A stretch of 63,952 nucleotides of DNA, the filler included, from Perkinsus olseni (taxonomy: Eukaryota), in NCBI GenBank assembly GCA_013115125.1. It is 5 parts of 5 records of this genome, joined end to end, with 100 filler letters (N's around TTAATTAATTAA, not from the genome) between each part and the next. Parts side by side here need not be neighbours in the genome. Positions count along the whole stretch, not along the records: positions 41,045 to 54,462 come from JABANN010000758.1; 4 more parts are not named here. The stretch is one strand, 5' to 3'. The notes beneath the pieces were generated by a model. That model was not told the origin of the DNA and searched no databases. It saw only the letters and a program-made list of their open reading frames with translations. Numbering within the stretch: position 1 is the first letter of the stretch; every line of letters begins with the position of its first letter. Both the position numbers and the translations under genes were made by a program. This document shows, piece by piece, positions 43,459 through 53,799 of the stretch.

Positions 43459-44943
43459 ATGTCATCGGAGCTCTATAAAGTGTACGCTTGTACGAACGGC
43501 AAGTTCAGCCTGGAACTGCCCCGCATGGTGGCGTCTGCCATTGCCGGCGGTGCCACTTGTGTTCAGCTCAGATTGAAGGATGTCAGTACTGGTGACTACA
43601 TCAAGTTGGCCAAGGAGACCAAGAAGGCCATGCCAAGCCACGTCCCTCTGATCATCGATGATCGTGTTGATGTGTGTCTGGCTAGCGGTGCTGATGGCGT
43701 TCATGTTGGTGACTCCGACATGCCTGTTAAGGACGCTCGGTCTATCATTGGCCCTGATAAGATCCTCGGAGTATCGACCTATGGGCGCAGAGAAGACGCT
43801 ATCGCGGCCATCCAGGACGGCGCTGATTACATTGCCACTGGTGCGGTATACCCAACAGTCACTAAGCCTGGTGCGGTTGCTAAGGGGTTGGACCAGATAG
43901 ACGTCCTTAAGGAGGCTTTGAAGGCTACAGGGAAGACTCTGCCAATCGTGGCTATCGGTGGCATATCTCCCGTTACGGCCATCGACTGCGTCCAGAGAGG
44001 CGCTGATGGTGTATGTGCTGTGAGCCAAATCTTCGACTCTTGGGAGTCACCGGAGTCGCGCGCCAGGAAATTCCTCAAGTCCTACTGTTCTGGCATGGAG
44101 ATCAGGTCGAAGTTGAGTACACACGGTCGCTACGACGGTGGAAGGGTGGCGGGCCTCTGGGCGAAGCTGGCTCAAGCCGGCCCCCTCACCCAATGTATCA
44201 CCAACTACGTCTCGATGAACTTCATGGCCAATGCTTTATTGGCCGCTGGTGCCTCTCCGGCCATGGCCCACGCTAAGGAAGAGGCCCCGCAGTTCCTGGA
44301 GATGGCCGGTGCTCTCAACGTTAACATCGGCACTTTGTCTAGCAATTGGGTCGATTCCATGCGGGCGTGCGCTAAGAAGGCGACGGAGACCGGCAAGCCG
44401 TGGGTTCTGGACCCGGTAGCCGCTGGAGCGACGACATTCCGGACAGGTGTTGCGACAGAGCTGCTCAGCTACAAGCCTACCATTCTCAGAGGAAATGGCG
44501 GTGAGATCCTCGCCTTGGCTGGGGAGACTGGCGCTGTGAAGGGCGTTGATTCGACCGTGGGCAGCGATGCTGCTTTGGAAGCTGCTAAGCACATCGCAAG
44601 GAAGTTTGGTAGCGTCGTGTGCATCTCCGGTGCGACTGACTTCGTCACGGATGGCAACAGAGTGATTGAGGTTTGCCATGATGTGCCGATGTTGCCGTCA
44701 ATCACGGCCACTGGCTGCACACTCAGCGCCCTCATGACCTCCTTTTGCGTTGTCGCTGAGGATCCGATCGATGCTGCTGTAGCGGCCTGCGCTGGATGGT
44801 CTTTGGCTGCCCAGGAAGCCTCGGTGAGAGCGGAGGGCCCGGGAAGTCTGGCCGTGGAGTTGCTCAACACCCTTCCCAAGCTGAGAGATCCGGCTTGGCC
44901 AGCATGGAGCAGACTTGTTATTTTTGAACATAATCGTCAATAG
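43459..44943 (+). CDS. thiE-thiM: ThiE (thiamine-phosphate synthase)-ThiM (hydroxyethylthiazole kinase) fusion, THI6-like, intronless
   Basis: ThiE motifs GATCVQLRLK, IIDDRVD, GVHVGDSD, YPTVTK, VAIGGI. ThiM motifs ITNYVSMNFMANALLAAGASPAM, NIGTL, VLDPVAAGAT, RGNGGEI, ITATGC. Confidence 0.95.
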   Translation: MSSELYKVYACTNGKFSLELPRMVASAIAGGATCVQLRLKDVSTGDYIKLAKETKKAMPSHVPLIIDDRVDVCLASGADGVHVGDSDMPVKDARSIIGPDKILGVSTYGRREDAIAAIQDGADYIATGAVYPTVTKPGAVAKGLDQIDVLKEALKATGKTLPIVAIGGISPVTAIDCVQRGADGVCAVSQIFDSWESPESRARKFLKSYCSGMEIRSKLSTHGRYDGGRVAGLWAKLAQAGPLTQCITNYVSMNFMANALLAAGASPAMAHAKEEAPQFLEMAGALNVNIGTLSSNWVDSMRACAKKATETGKPWVLDPVAAGATTFRTGVATELLSYKPTILRGNGGEILALAGETGAVKGVDSTVGSDAALEAAKHIARKFGSVVCISGATDFVTDGNRVIEVCHDVPMLPSITATGCTLSALMTSFCVVAEDPIDAAVAACAGWSLAAQEASVRAEGPGSLAVELLNTLPKLRDPAWPAWSRLVIFEHNRQ

Positions 44944-45616
44944 GCGAACGGCGTTCATTTCCTTTCCGACTCTGATTGGTCTTGTGTGTTTGAATTCGAG
45001 TGGGTGATGATTTTTGTAGAAGTCGCAGAGGTGTCTGTATGATAGCGTGTAAAGGACTGGTCTCCCTTAACTCCTCCACCCTCGCTCTGCCGATAATACC
45101 GCGTCTACGGTCGGGCATCAGGGGCTCAGAGTCGACTCACGTGGAATCAATATCTCCTCTAGGGTGGAAGTCTACTCATAATGTTGACAGGATGGGAGGA
45201 ATGACTCCTGCGTGACGCGAGTAGCGGAGATGATGGTATTCATCACTACCGTGCACGCATGCACAGCGTCGCTAGCAGCCGCGGACAGCATCAACAGATG
45301 CATCAAAGGTCGGTCAGAGTGATGAGAGAAATCTTAGTCTGCTCATGTGTCGTGTTCACTCTCCGTTGAACGGAGTCCGTTCATCAGGGCGGCTGCATCC
45401 CTTCCGTTTGGGGTTGGAATACTGAACAATATTATGGCTCGCCGTTTCCGTGTCACAGCCTCTGCGGACTCTGCTGGGAAGACTGAGGGCGACACACTAC
45501 GGGGGACTTTCTCGTCGATATTCCATCCATCCTGTCCAACACCATGGGCGCCTCTCCTAATCGGGGTTGATCCTCTTTAAGATTTCCACATATATCTCAG
45601 CTTTGCCGTCTAGCTG

Positions 45617-47373
45617 ATGCTCCTCAAATCGTGCTTCCTCGTGGCCGTTCTCGGTACTGTGTTGCCGGGCCTCACCGCCGAGATCGTCGAATTCCGCTTG
45701 GACGGGCTGAGTCACTCCAGCGATGGAATCAAGAAGGCTGTCACTGAAGAAGGTATGTATTTCGGCAAGGAGAGTATCTTGGCCACACGTTGACGACCAC
45801 GCAGATGTGCGGTATCTTCGAATGCCTTCAACTTTTCAGGGGCCTTCCTTATCGCTGGGCTCTCCAACGAGTTCACGGAGGCCTACAGAGGCATCGCGAC
45901 CGGATTGCCGGAATGCTCAGAAGCTGATGCTGACGGCGTTGACACTTTAGACGATGGCACCGTCCGTATCACTTTCGCCCAACGTACGAGGGTTCGCTGG
46001 CATCTTCCCGCTCAGATTGGAGCAGGCCATGAGGATTCGTTGCGAGATTAAGTGTACAGGTTCTCTAGATGGAGAGACCTCGGGGTTCATGGCCCGAGGG
46101 AGTTGCCCGATGAATCTCGCCGAGAATATGAAGGAGATGAGTGCCGATCTTGACTACATTGGAAGGGAAGTTGCGGTTGAGCTGACTGATGTAAGTCTTA
46201 ATCTCGGTGAGCCCCATTTGGGTGAATAAGATGATTTCAACAGCGCTCGTAGTGTAACGGTATCATACAAGCTTCCCATGCTTGTGTCCCGGGTTCGACT
46301 CCCGGCGGGCGCAGTTTATTACGATCAGGCCCTTTCACCCAGCGTCCATCATCCGGACCTGCCTTCCATCATAGACATCCTCGAGAAAGGCCGTGAATAT
46401 CATCTCGATCACGTCCACATCTACCAAAACCGTAACAATAGTGCGGTTGGAGCCCACAAGGTAGGAGGGTAGCTTCTCGTCGATCGTCTCTCTACCGCTA
46501 TTCGTTACCACCGACGGCATCGTTACGTATCTCTGGTTGCTTCCAGGACTCCTCAACACCCACCCTCACTTGGCACACCGACCAAGGGGCATTCTTGCTC
46601 CTTGTACTCCCACCAGGAGATCAGAGCTTCCACTATAAGGATAGTCAAGGCGAGGAGGTAACAGGACCCCAGCCTCGCGCTCTTCCCGAGGTTTCACTGC
46701 CAGACTACACTCAGCATCCCTAACAACGGTGAAGTCAGAGTCCTCGTGGTGATGGGTAACGCTCTGCGCAGCAACTTCTTCGGTGAGGTGGCGAACGGCG
46801 CTCGATCGTGCCGGGATCCCCTCTGTTGGCTTCGGAATCTCAGAAACTACTCCGCCCATCCGCCCACTCCCCCACTCGGTTTATCTGAAGAGCCTTTCGC
46901 CTGGCGACCCTCGCGTCGTCATCGGCAGAATGTTCCTGCCCCCCGCGGACATCAGAGATTCCCAAACGGGTCTCACGTACGAGGCCTGGAGTAAGCAAGC
47001 CATGATCCCCAATCCCGTCTTCGACACCGAAGAGGTCATTGCTGAGAAGAGGCGGCTACGTAAGATGCTTATAGGGTGACAATACAGGCTAGCATCATTT
47101 TCTTGATCAGAGACTAGTTGCAACTCGAGCAGTATTCAATGCTGGATGAGATGTATGGAGAACACTTGCTCGGCTGGGCAGACGGCAGTATGCTGGAATA
47201 AAGCTACCCAAACTGCATGCCCTATCGACAAAAAGATGCGTCCGGAGTGCAGCGTCGGGTGTCTAGGCTCTTCAGGGACCACTACAAAGGCGCCGAGGTC
47301 CGCGGCTACCAGTAATGTCGTCACCAAGGCGGTGGCCGCTATGGTAGCCCTGCTCGGGTTGGTCAACTTTTAG
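45617..47373 (+). CDS. Signal-peptide 2OG-Fe(II) oxygenase-like protein with Cys-rich, hydrophobic C-terminus; multi-exon
   Basis: MLLKSCFLVAVLGTVLPGLTA signal; HLDHVHIY; TWHTDQGAFLLL (HxD); PLPHSV...RVVIGRMFLPP (distal His, then Arg); ends AAMVALLGLVNF*. Confidence 0.65.
46243..46313 (+). tRNA. tRNA-Gly(CCC), located inside an intron
   Basis: Acceptor stem GCGCTCG/CGGGCGC plus discriminator A; anticodon arm CAAGC-TTCCCAT-GCTTG; T arm CCGGG-TTCGACT-CCCGG; 71 nt. Confidence 0.93.
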
Positions 47374-47731
47374 TGACCGATCTTAGTTCGAACATGTGGT
47401 TTAGTCATTTCTGAGCCGTACAATTACGATGGAGTGCCGGCTGGAGTAGGTCGCCTCTCCGGTAGATATTGTCGCCGACACTCATGTCAAGTCCTCGGCT
47501 GTCAATCGACTTTTTCTCCACACGCTCTGGCTGTTCGGGTTCACATCACACGCATGGTACGGCTGGCGCACGGCGTCGAGGCATCAATGATTCATCTCTT
47601 GGGAAATCACGGCGGGGCGAGAGTTCACGCAACGCGGAGGCTTGTCTATAGTCGGCGTCATCTCATCACTACTCAACGTGGTGGTGAAGGATCCATAAAT
47701 TAGTTCCTCTCTTGCTGCAGCTCAGTTTCCA

Positions 47732-47848
47732 ATGCCCCCCCTTCGCCCGCTGCTGGTAGTGTCGATCATCCTATCATCACAGCATGTGATGAACAGAATC
47801 CAATCTCAGCTCCGGTGGAGCATCTATTCCTCTGCCCTGAGGCGTTCA
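47732..47848 (+). pseudogene. Truncated 5' fragment of the LicD-family gene (duplicate of ~51120-51270)
   Basis: Aligns by eye with the 51120 gene start (GAACAGAATCCxATCTCAGCTCCGG...TATTCCTCTGCCCT) with indels, then diverges. Confidence 0.75.
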
Positions 47849-48359
47849 GGCAAATAAGAACATGCTAGCTTAAAGCCGGTTCGCCACACGAACAGTCCTT
47901 TGCTTCTTCCCGACATGAAAGGCCCTGGCACCGGTTTTTTGAGGCTCTTCAGTGGTTGTTCAATGAGATAGAGAGGATCCAATTTCAGTCGAGTGCGACA
48001 TCTTTCCGTTCACGATGAGCTTCTCCAATTGCCGTCGACTGGACAACGTAACTCGTGCTCGCTGAAAGGTTACGAGGGGCGGGCTCTTCGAAGTGACCAT
48101 CTGGTTGTTCCCAGGATCCCATCGAAAAGACCCGATGCACCCACTCACCACTTTTCCGATTATTTACCACAGAACACCTGTGACAGAGCTTACTACTCAG
48201 ATAAATAGCTCAAGCTGAACGGAAGTATTCAAGAACTCGACGTCGTAGGAGCCGCTCGTCCTGGAGACAGCTTTCCCATACCCTTCAAAAAGTTTCGATA
48301 TAAAAATTCTTCGACCACGAATAAGCATTCATAGGAATACTCAACAACGGGCTAAGATA

Positions 48360-49167
48360 TTAGTCACTCGCAATCATCCCGCAGACCAGACGAGCACCAG
48401 AGTTACCCGTAGCTCTCGAACCGACCGACCGACCGAGTGAGGGATGATGTCGGACCAAAGAGCAGGATCAGACTGTCGTAGAAGGAGCCCTTCGCCCTGC
48501 CTGATGCATCGGCTTTGATGTTGCCCATGTCACCAACGTGCCTGACTGTCATATTCAAACGGTCACCGTGGAACTTGTAGAAAGGGTTGTAGTGTCCCCC
48601 GGTGGAGGTGCAACCGTTGGAGAAGTCGGAGAACTCATGAACATGCACACCATGCTGGGCGAACGGCTCCAAGTTGTATACATCGTAGCTTATCTTGGTT
48701 TTTGCGTGGCTCTCCTGCTCGAAGTAAGATGTACCGCGGACCTGACTTCCGCTGCCCTGAGGCTCGAGCTTGGCCGAAGCTTTGATAGGGAATCTTGGGC
48801 CTCTTCTGTCGACTGAGAGGAGTACGGATTCGAACACCCCTTGCAGTACCCCTTACATGGTAGGACGTCATCACAACGTACCGGGTAGTATTCGTGGCAG
48901 TTCTTCTGGAAGGCCACCGAGCATGGAGTCGCGTTCGCGCTGTCGGCCGGCTTAATAAAATACCTGAAGCGCGATGGGATTCGTAGTGGCCATCCTTGAG
49001 ATGTGCCCTCACAGATCTTGGCATACGGGAGGCGGCGATTGATAGTCTTTGCAATAAGAGCCCTTGAAAGTGCATCCGGGGATAAGGCTGCAGAGATCGT
49101 CACATGCGTTCCCAGGTAGCTGGGCTGCGACGAAGGGGAGAAAGCCGATAGTCACGAGAAGCATCAT
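48360..49167 (-). pseudogene. Disabled duplicate of the secreted Cu/Zn SOD gene
   Basis: Near-identical to 52951-53799, but the VLHADQDDLGLGGNPG-coding segment is deleted at ~48423. This removes a Cu-ligand His and shifts the frame. Confidence 0.8.
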
Positions 49168-51119
49168 GATACAGGAATGCCTCTAGGTATACACTGAAGG
49201 CAGTTGGGATAAGAAGTTCTCACAACCATCTCCGGTGCTTGCTAAATACCAGTATCTAGTATCACTCAGCGCCTTGCAACGGCGTGCTAGATACGCTGCA
49301 GATAGTGCTATGAATCACATCACCGCTTCAACCCTCTCGAGTTTCACTCTCCTGTTCCTTTGGCTCCACCTTATATATTCACGCTGAGGCATAGCGCAGT
49401 ACGGGGAGCAACTCCTGAACTACAGTGACAACTTACTAACAATCAGAAACCCGTATCATTCTGAGCCTAGCGCTCGCGTGCATGAGCGTACGCTCTACAC
49501 GGTGTCCCACCATAAAGAACTGCACTGTAATGACAACATAGTGAGGGCTATACGTTATGTAGCAGCTCCCACCAGGTTCAGTGGTACTTAGCTGTTAGAC
49601 TATCACTCGCTGCAATCACCTTGACTGCTACTGCGCATCATTAGTCTCAGATAACCGTCTGACCTAATCCTGCGCCTTGCACTCGCGTGTATGAGTGTGC
49701 GTTCTAGATTACGCTGTAGATCATCTTGTCCCCTTTACTCCTCCCGAGGCAAGCGATGAACCTTCTTTTGAGCCCTGTCCCTAATGGTTAAGATATGAAG
49801 AACGTGGGGTAGTGGCTACCATATGCCGTGGAAATCTCGGAATTGAGCGCTCCTCGGGGTGAGCAGCAAATCTCGCCACCCCGAGCGTTTCATCGGATTC
49901 AGCTACGTCAGCAACTCCCGAGCGACACCAGCGCAACCTTCCTTCGATGTTACATCTCAATGGGAGCTAATTTCGCGATGGTTTCCGTACAGTGATGTCC
50001 AGTGTTGTTTGACCCAGCACTAAGAGATGCCCATAGAATGTGTACACCTCGAATAAAGTTACACATAGCTGCGGAGCGTTAACCACGGCCATGTGCTCGT
50101 ACTCCTCATTGTGCTGCGTCGCTGTTCAAATTGCGTCGCTGATCCAAGCGTGGCCCCAAGGGGCTTCTCCTCACAATGCCACCCAAAGTGTTCGGCTTAT
50201 CGATAGGAAGCTGCGTCTGAATTACAGCGTTGGGTTTACTTTTAGTGACTCATCTTAGTTCGAACATGTGGTTTAGTCATTATGATGCGCTTTTCTGAGC
50301 CGTACAATTACGATGGAGTACCGGCTGGAGTAGATCACCTCTCCGGTAGATATTGTCGCCGACACTCATGGCAACTCCTCCTCTGTCAATCGACTTTTTC
50401 TCCACACGCTCTGGTTGTTTGGGTTCGCCTCACACGCAGGGCCAGGCTGGCGCATGGCGTCGAGGCATCAAACGTCGACTATTACGAATCTCTCGCACCC
50501 TGTCAAAACCTATGCGCCATGTAAGAGGTCGACTAATTGCCGCAAGCGAGTGGGCACTGTGAGACCGCCGCTAGGCATTCAGGGAACGAACCTTCGAGGT
50601 TCGTTTGCCGAATCCCGGCGAGATTCAACCTTGAGAATCAACCCCAGAACATTGGAAAGGCTATTAAGAGCTCCTAGAGAACCTCAACCTCATCGAATGC
50701 GGAGGACACATCGCCGAGGACCAAGGTCAATCGACGGGCACCGTTCCGCAAGCTTTCTGCCTTCACTGTGCGGAAGATGCGCGGATGCATTCTCAGGGGA
50801 CAACCGACACAACCAGCAACTAGCACACCTCTGGTGCGATTTAGTCTGTGTTTTGAGTTCATCGTCTGGTGTGTAAGTCCGCTCAGCAACCTCCCTAACA
50901 CGTCGTATCGTATGAAGGAAAACAGAATGGTGGCCCAAACTGAGACGGGAGGTGCCTTACTGTCTCCTAAAACTGCAACTAGCTCACTACTAGCCAAAAT
51001 GCAAAACAGGGTGAGAGTCCACACAACGCGGAGGCTTGTCTTTTCTCGTCGGCGTTATACCAATGCTACTCTCTTAGAATCCATAAGTTAGTTCCTCCCT
51101 TGCTACTGTTCAATTCTCG

Positions 51120-52370
51120 ATGCTCCCCCTTCGTCTGCTGCTGCTGGTGTCGATCCTCCTTGTTCCCATAGAAGCATCATCATCGAGCCGCCATCCTTTT
51201 ATCAGAGTATATGACGAACAGAATCCTATCTCAGCTCCGGACGACCATTTATTCCTCTGCCCTCAGCCCTTCATAGATGAGCTGGACCTTTCTGATTGGC
51301 CTCGCCATGAAGTGACCATCAATGGTTCGGAGTGTATCAGCAGCGAGGAGCTCTTCGCCACCGAGGATAATGCCGTCTTCTTCGAGTGCCTTGCCACGAC
51401 TATCAACGCTACCACGCATGTCCTCAACTCTATCGGTATCGATGCGTCTATTTCTGATGGGACCTTGCTGGGTTGGTATCGTCATCATAAAGGCTTCATC
51501 CCATGGGACGTCGATGGGGATATGTCCATTATGAAGTCGGACTGTCGCAAATCTTTCGATAAGTATGCCTCGCCCGACCACAAGAACGTCGCTAGTCTGG
51601 TACAGGAGCTCATGCCTGACTACGAAGTGTACGGCATCAAACTTGGTGTTGGCTCTGGTCTGGAGGAAGATGAATGGGAGGGGTGCGAGAATCCTGAGTT
51701 CCGCGTGTATCATGTCCTCAATGGTACAGCGTGTCATGTCGACGTCTTCCAGCAGTTGCAGTCCACCGATCCAGAAGAGCCCTGCCAAGCATGCCCCGGT
51801 TATCTCGACGGTGAGGTGACCGTCTGCCGGTATCCAGAGGGGAAAGTCTGCGGCCTTCGCGATGATTTCCTCCCCATGACTTGGGACCATCTTTCTTGGG
51901 CCGATTGCAAGGTCCCTCGGCGGCCAAGTCACACGTTGGAGCCACAAGTCGGGGGTGCGCTCGAATTCAGGAATTTTCAGACTGTCCCTGGCAACTATAA
52001 GTACGGGGAGCAGATCCTGGTTGTGGGCCGACCAGTGGATGCCATGGGAAAAGACATCATCGCTCTTAGTCAAGACGATGAGGAGACGGTGGCTCCGGAT
52101 ATAACAGAGTCACCTGTCGTTCCAGTTACTCTGCCGAAGGTGAGATCTGATGATGACCGTGCGCAGTCCTACGATAAGACATTTATGAGCTACAGTGGAG
52201 CGCTCGAAGCTCACAGGTGGAGTGAAAGTTTTATATTGATTATCCTATTGGGTGCTCTTTGTTCCTTTTTCCTAATTTGGCTCTTCTGTAATTACCGGCA
52301 TCGTGCTGCTACCGGCAGTTCTAACCACCGAGCCGGTGATGACGTTGAAAATCGTGTTCTGATTGAGTAA
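51120..52370 (+). CDS. LicD/fukutin-family nucleotidyltransferase-fold protein, type I membrane topology, intronless
   Basis: DGTLLGWYRHHKGFIPWDVDGDMSI (LicD motif GTLLG..R....IPWDxDxD); HVDVF; N-terminal signal; C-terminal TM FILIILLGALCSFFLIWLF. Confidence 0.85.
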   Translation: MLPLRLLLLVSILLVPIEASSSSRHPFIRVYDEQNPISAPDDHLFLCPQPFIDELDLSDWPRHEVTINGSECISSEELFATEDNAVFFECLATTINATTHVLNSIGIDASISDGTLLGWYRHHKGFIPWDVDGDMSIMKSDCRKSFDKYASPDHKNVASLVQELMPDYEVYGIKLGVGSGLEEDEWEGCENPEFRVYHVLNGTACHVDVFQQLQSTDPEEPCQACPGYLDGEVTVCRYPEGKVCGLRDDFLPMTWDHLSWADCKVPRRPSHTLEPQVGGALEFRNFQTVPGNYKYGEQILVVGRPVDAMGKDIIALSQDDEETVAPDITESPVVPVTLPKVRSDDDRAQSYDKTFMSYSGALEAHRWSESFILIILLGALCSFFLIWLFCNYRHRAATGSSNHRAGDDVENRVLIE

Positions 52371-52950
52371 TGTCTGACGTGTACCAAGTCTAACAAAGAA
52401 TTTCTCCAGAAGTCCATCGTGGGTGTTGCGTCTTGGAGTGGCAGCTGTTTTTGGTCGACTTCGACGCTTTAACGTGAGAGCTTTGAGTACACTCAAGCAC
52501 TCCTGGGTGAACGCATCCACCTGAGCCTTTGTCGCTAGTCGTGGACAGGAGGGGCATATTCTAATTGTCAATTGCAATCGGAGGGACGATCCGGCCGAAC
52601 AACTCGACCGACCGGAGGATGGCGAGATATCCGAATCAAGAAGGAGCGTATCAGTGGCTTTCCGTCTGGAAGTTCGCGTTGCAGGAACCTGACGGCTCTT
52701 TAGTTTTTTCGATCTCATCAGAGAGGCCTGACGCCCACATTCACTACTTCTTGCGACTATTTACCATGGAACACCGACAACTTCTGACAACAGGGAATTA
52801 CTCTGACAATGAGCTTGAACTTGACGAATGTATCCAACGACTCGCCATCATAGGAGCCCCTTAGGCTAGAGACGGCTCTAATGATGACAGTCTTATTACA
52901 TTCTACTTACAACCAACTTTTGGTTTAAAAATTCTTATAACGGTAGCTCG

Positions 52951-53799
52951 TTAGTCACTCGCAATCTTCCCGCAGACCAGACGAGCACCAGAGTTACCCG
53001 TAGCTCTCGAACCCGGGTTACCACCCAGGCCTAGATCATCCTGATCGGCGTGTAGCACGACCGACCGAGTGAGGGATGATGTCGGACCAAAGAGCAGGAT
53101 AAGACTGTCGTAGAAGGAGCCCCTCGCCCTGCCTGATGCATCGGCTTTGATGTTGCCCATGTCACCAACGTGCCTGACTGTCATATTCAAACGGTCACCG
53201 TGGAACTTGTAGAAAGGGTTGTAGTGTCCCCCGGTGGAGGTGCAACCGTTGGAGAAGTCGGAGAACTCGTGAACGTGCACACCATGCTGGACGAACGGCT
53301 CCAAGTTGTATACATCGTAGCTTATCTTGGTTTTCGCGTGGCTCTCCTGCTCGAAGTAAAATGTACCGCGGACCTGACTTCCGCTGCCCTGAGGCTCGAG
53401 CTTGGCCGAAGCTTTGATAGGGAATCTTGGGCCTCTTCTGTCGACTGAGAGGAGTACGGATTCGACCACCCCTTGGAGTACCCCTTACATGGTAGGACGT
53501 CATCACAACGTACCGGGTAGACTTCTGGGCAGTTCTTCTGGAAGGCCACCGAGCACGGAGTCGCGTTCGCGCTGTCGGCCGTCTTAATAAAATACCTGAA
53601 GCGCGACGGGATTCGTAGTGGCCATCCTTGAGATGTGCCCTCACAGATTTTGGCATACGGGAGGCGGCGAAAGATTGTCTTTGCAATAAGAGCCCTTGAA
53701 AGAGCATCCGGGGATAAGGCTGCAAAGATCGTCACATGCGTTCCCAGGTAGCTGGCCTGCGACGAAGGGGAGAAAGCCGATTCTTAAGAGAAGCGCCAT
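52951..53799 (-). CDS. Secreted Cu/Zn superoxide dismutase with N-terminal Cys-rich module, 3 exons
   Basis: Spliced: MALLLRIGFLPFVAG-QLPGNACDDLCSLIPGCSFKGSYCKDNLSPPPVCQNL|YFIK...PCSVAFQKNCPEVYPVRCDDVLP|FDRRGPRF. SOD motifs GVHVHEF, GCTSTGGHYNP, RHVGDMGN, VVLHAD, GARLVCG. Confidence 0.9.

Noticed and set aside
41846-44943. Bacterial contamination explaining the thiamine genes
   Set aside because: They are contiguous, with no gap, with spliced ETFB and 2OG genes, have similar base composition, and show no clear Shine-Dalgarno.
41621-45200. TPP riboswitch flanking the thiamine genes
   Set aside because: No convincing CTGAGA...CCTGAT...TAAT..CAGCG core seen by eye; GATAATACCGCG near 45092 is only a partial look-alike. 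An Infernal RF00059 scan would settle it.
51249-52073. 274-aa antisense ORF (and similar ORFs opposite the thiamine genes)
   Set aside because: Shadow ORFs of real genes caused by codon bias; no recognisable motifs.
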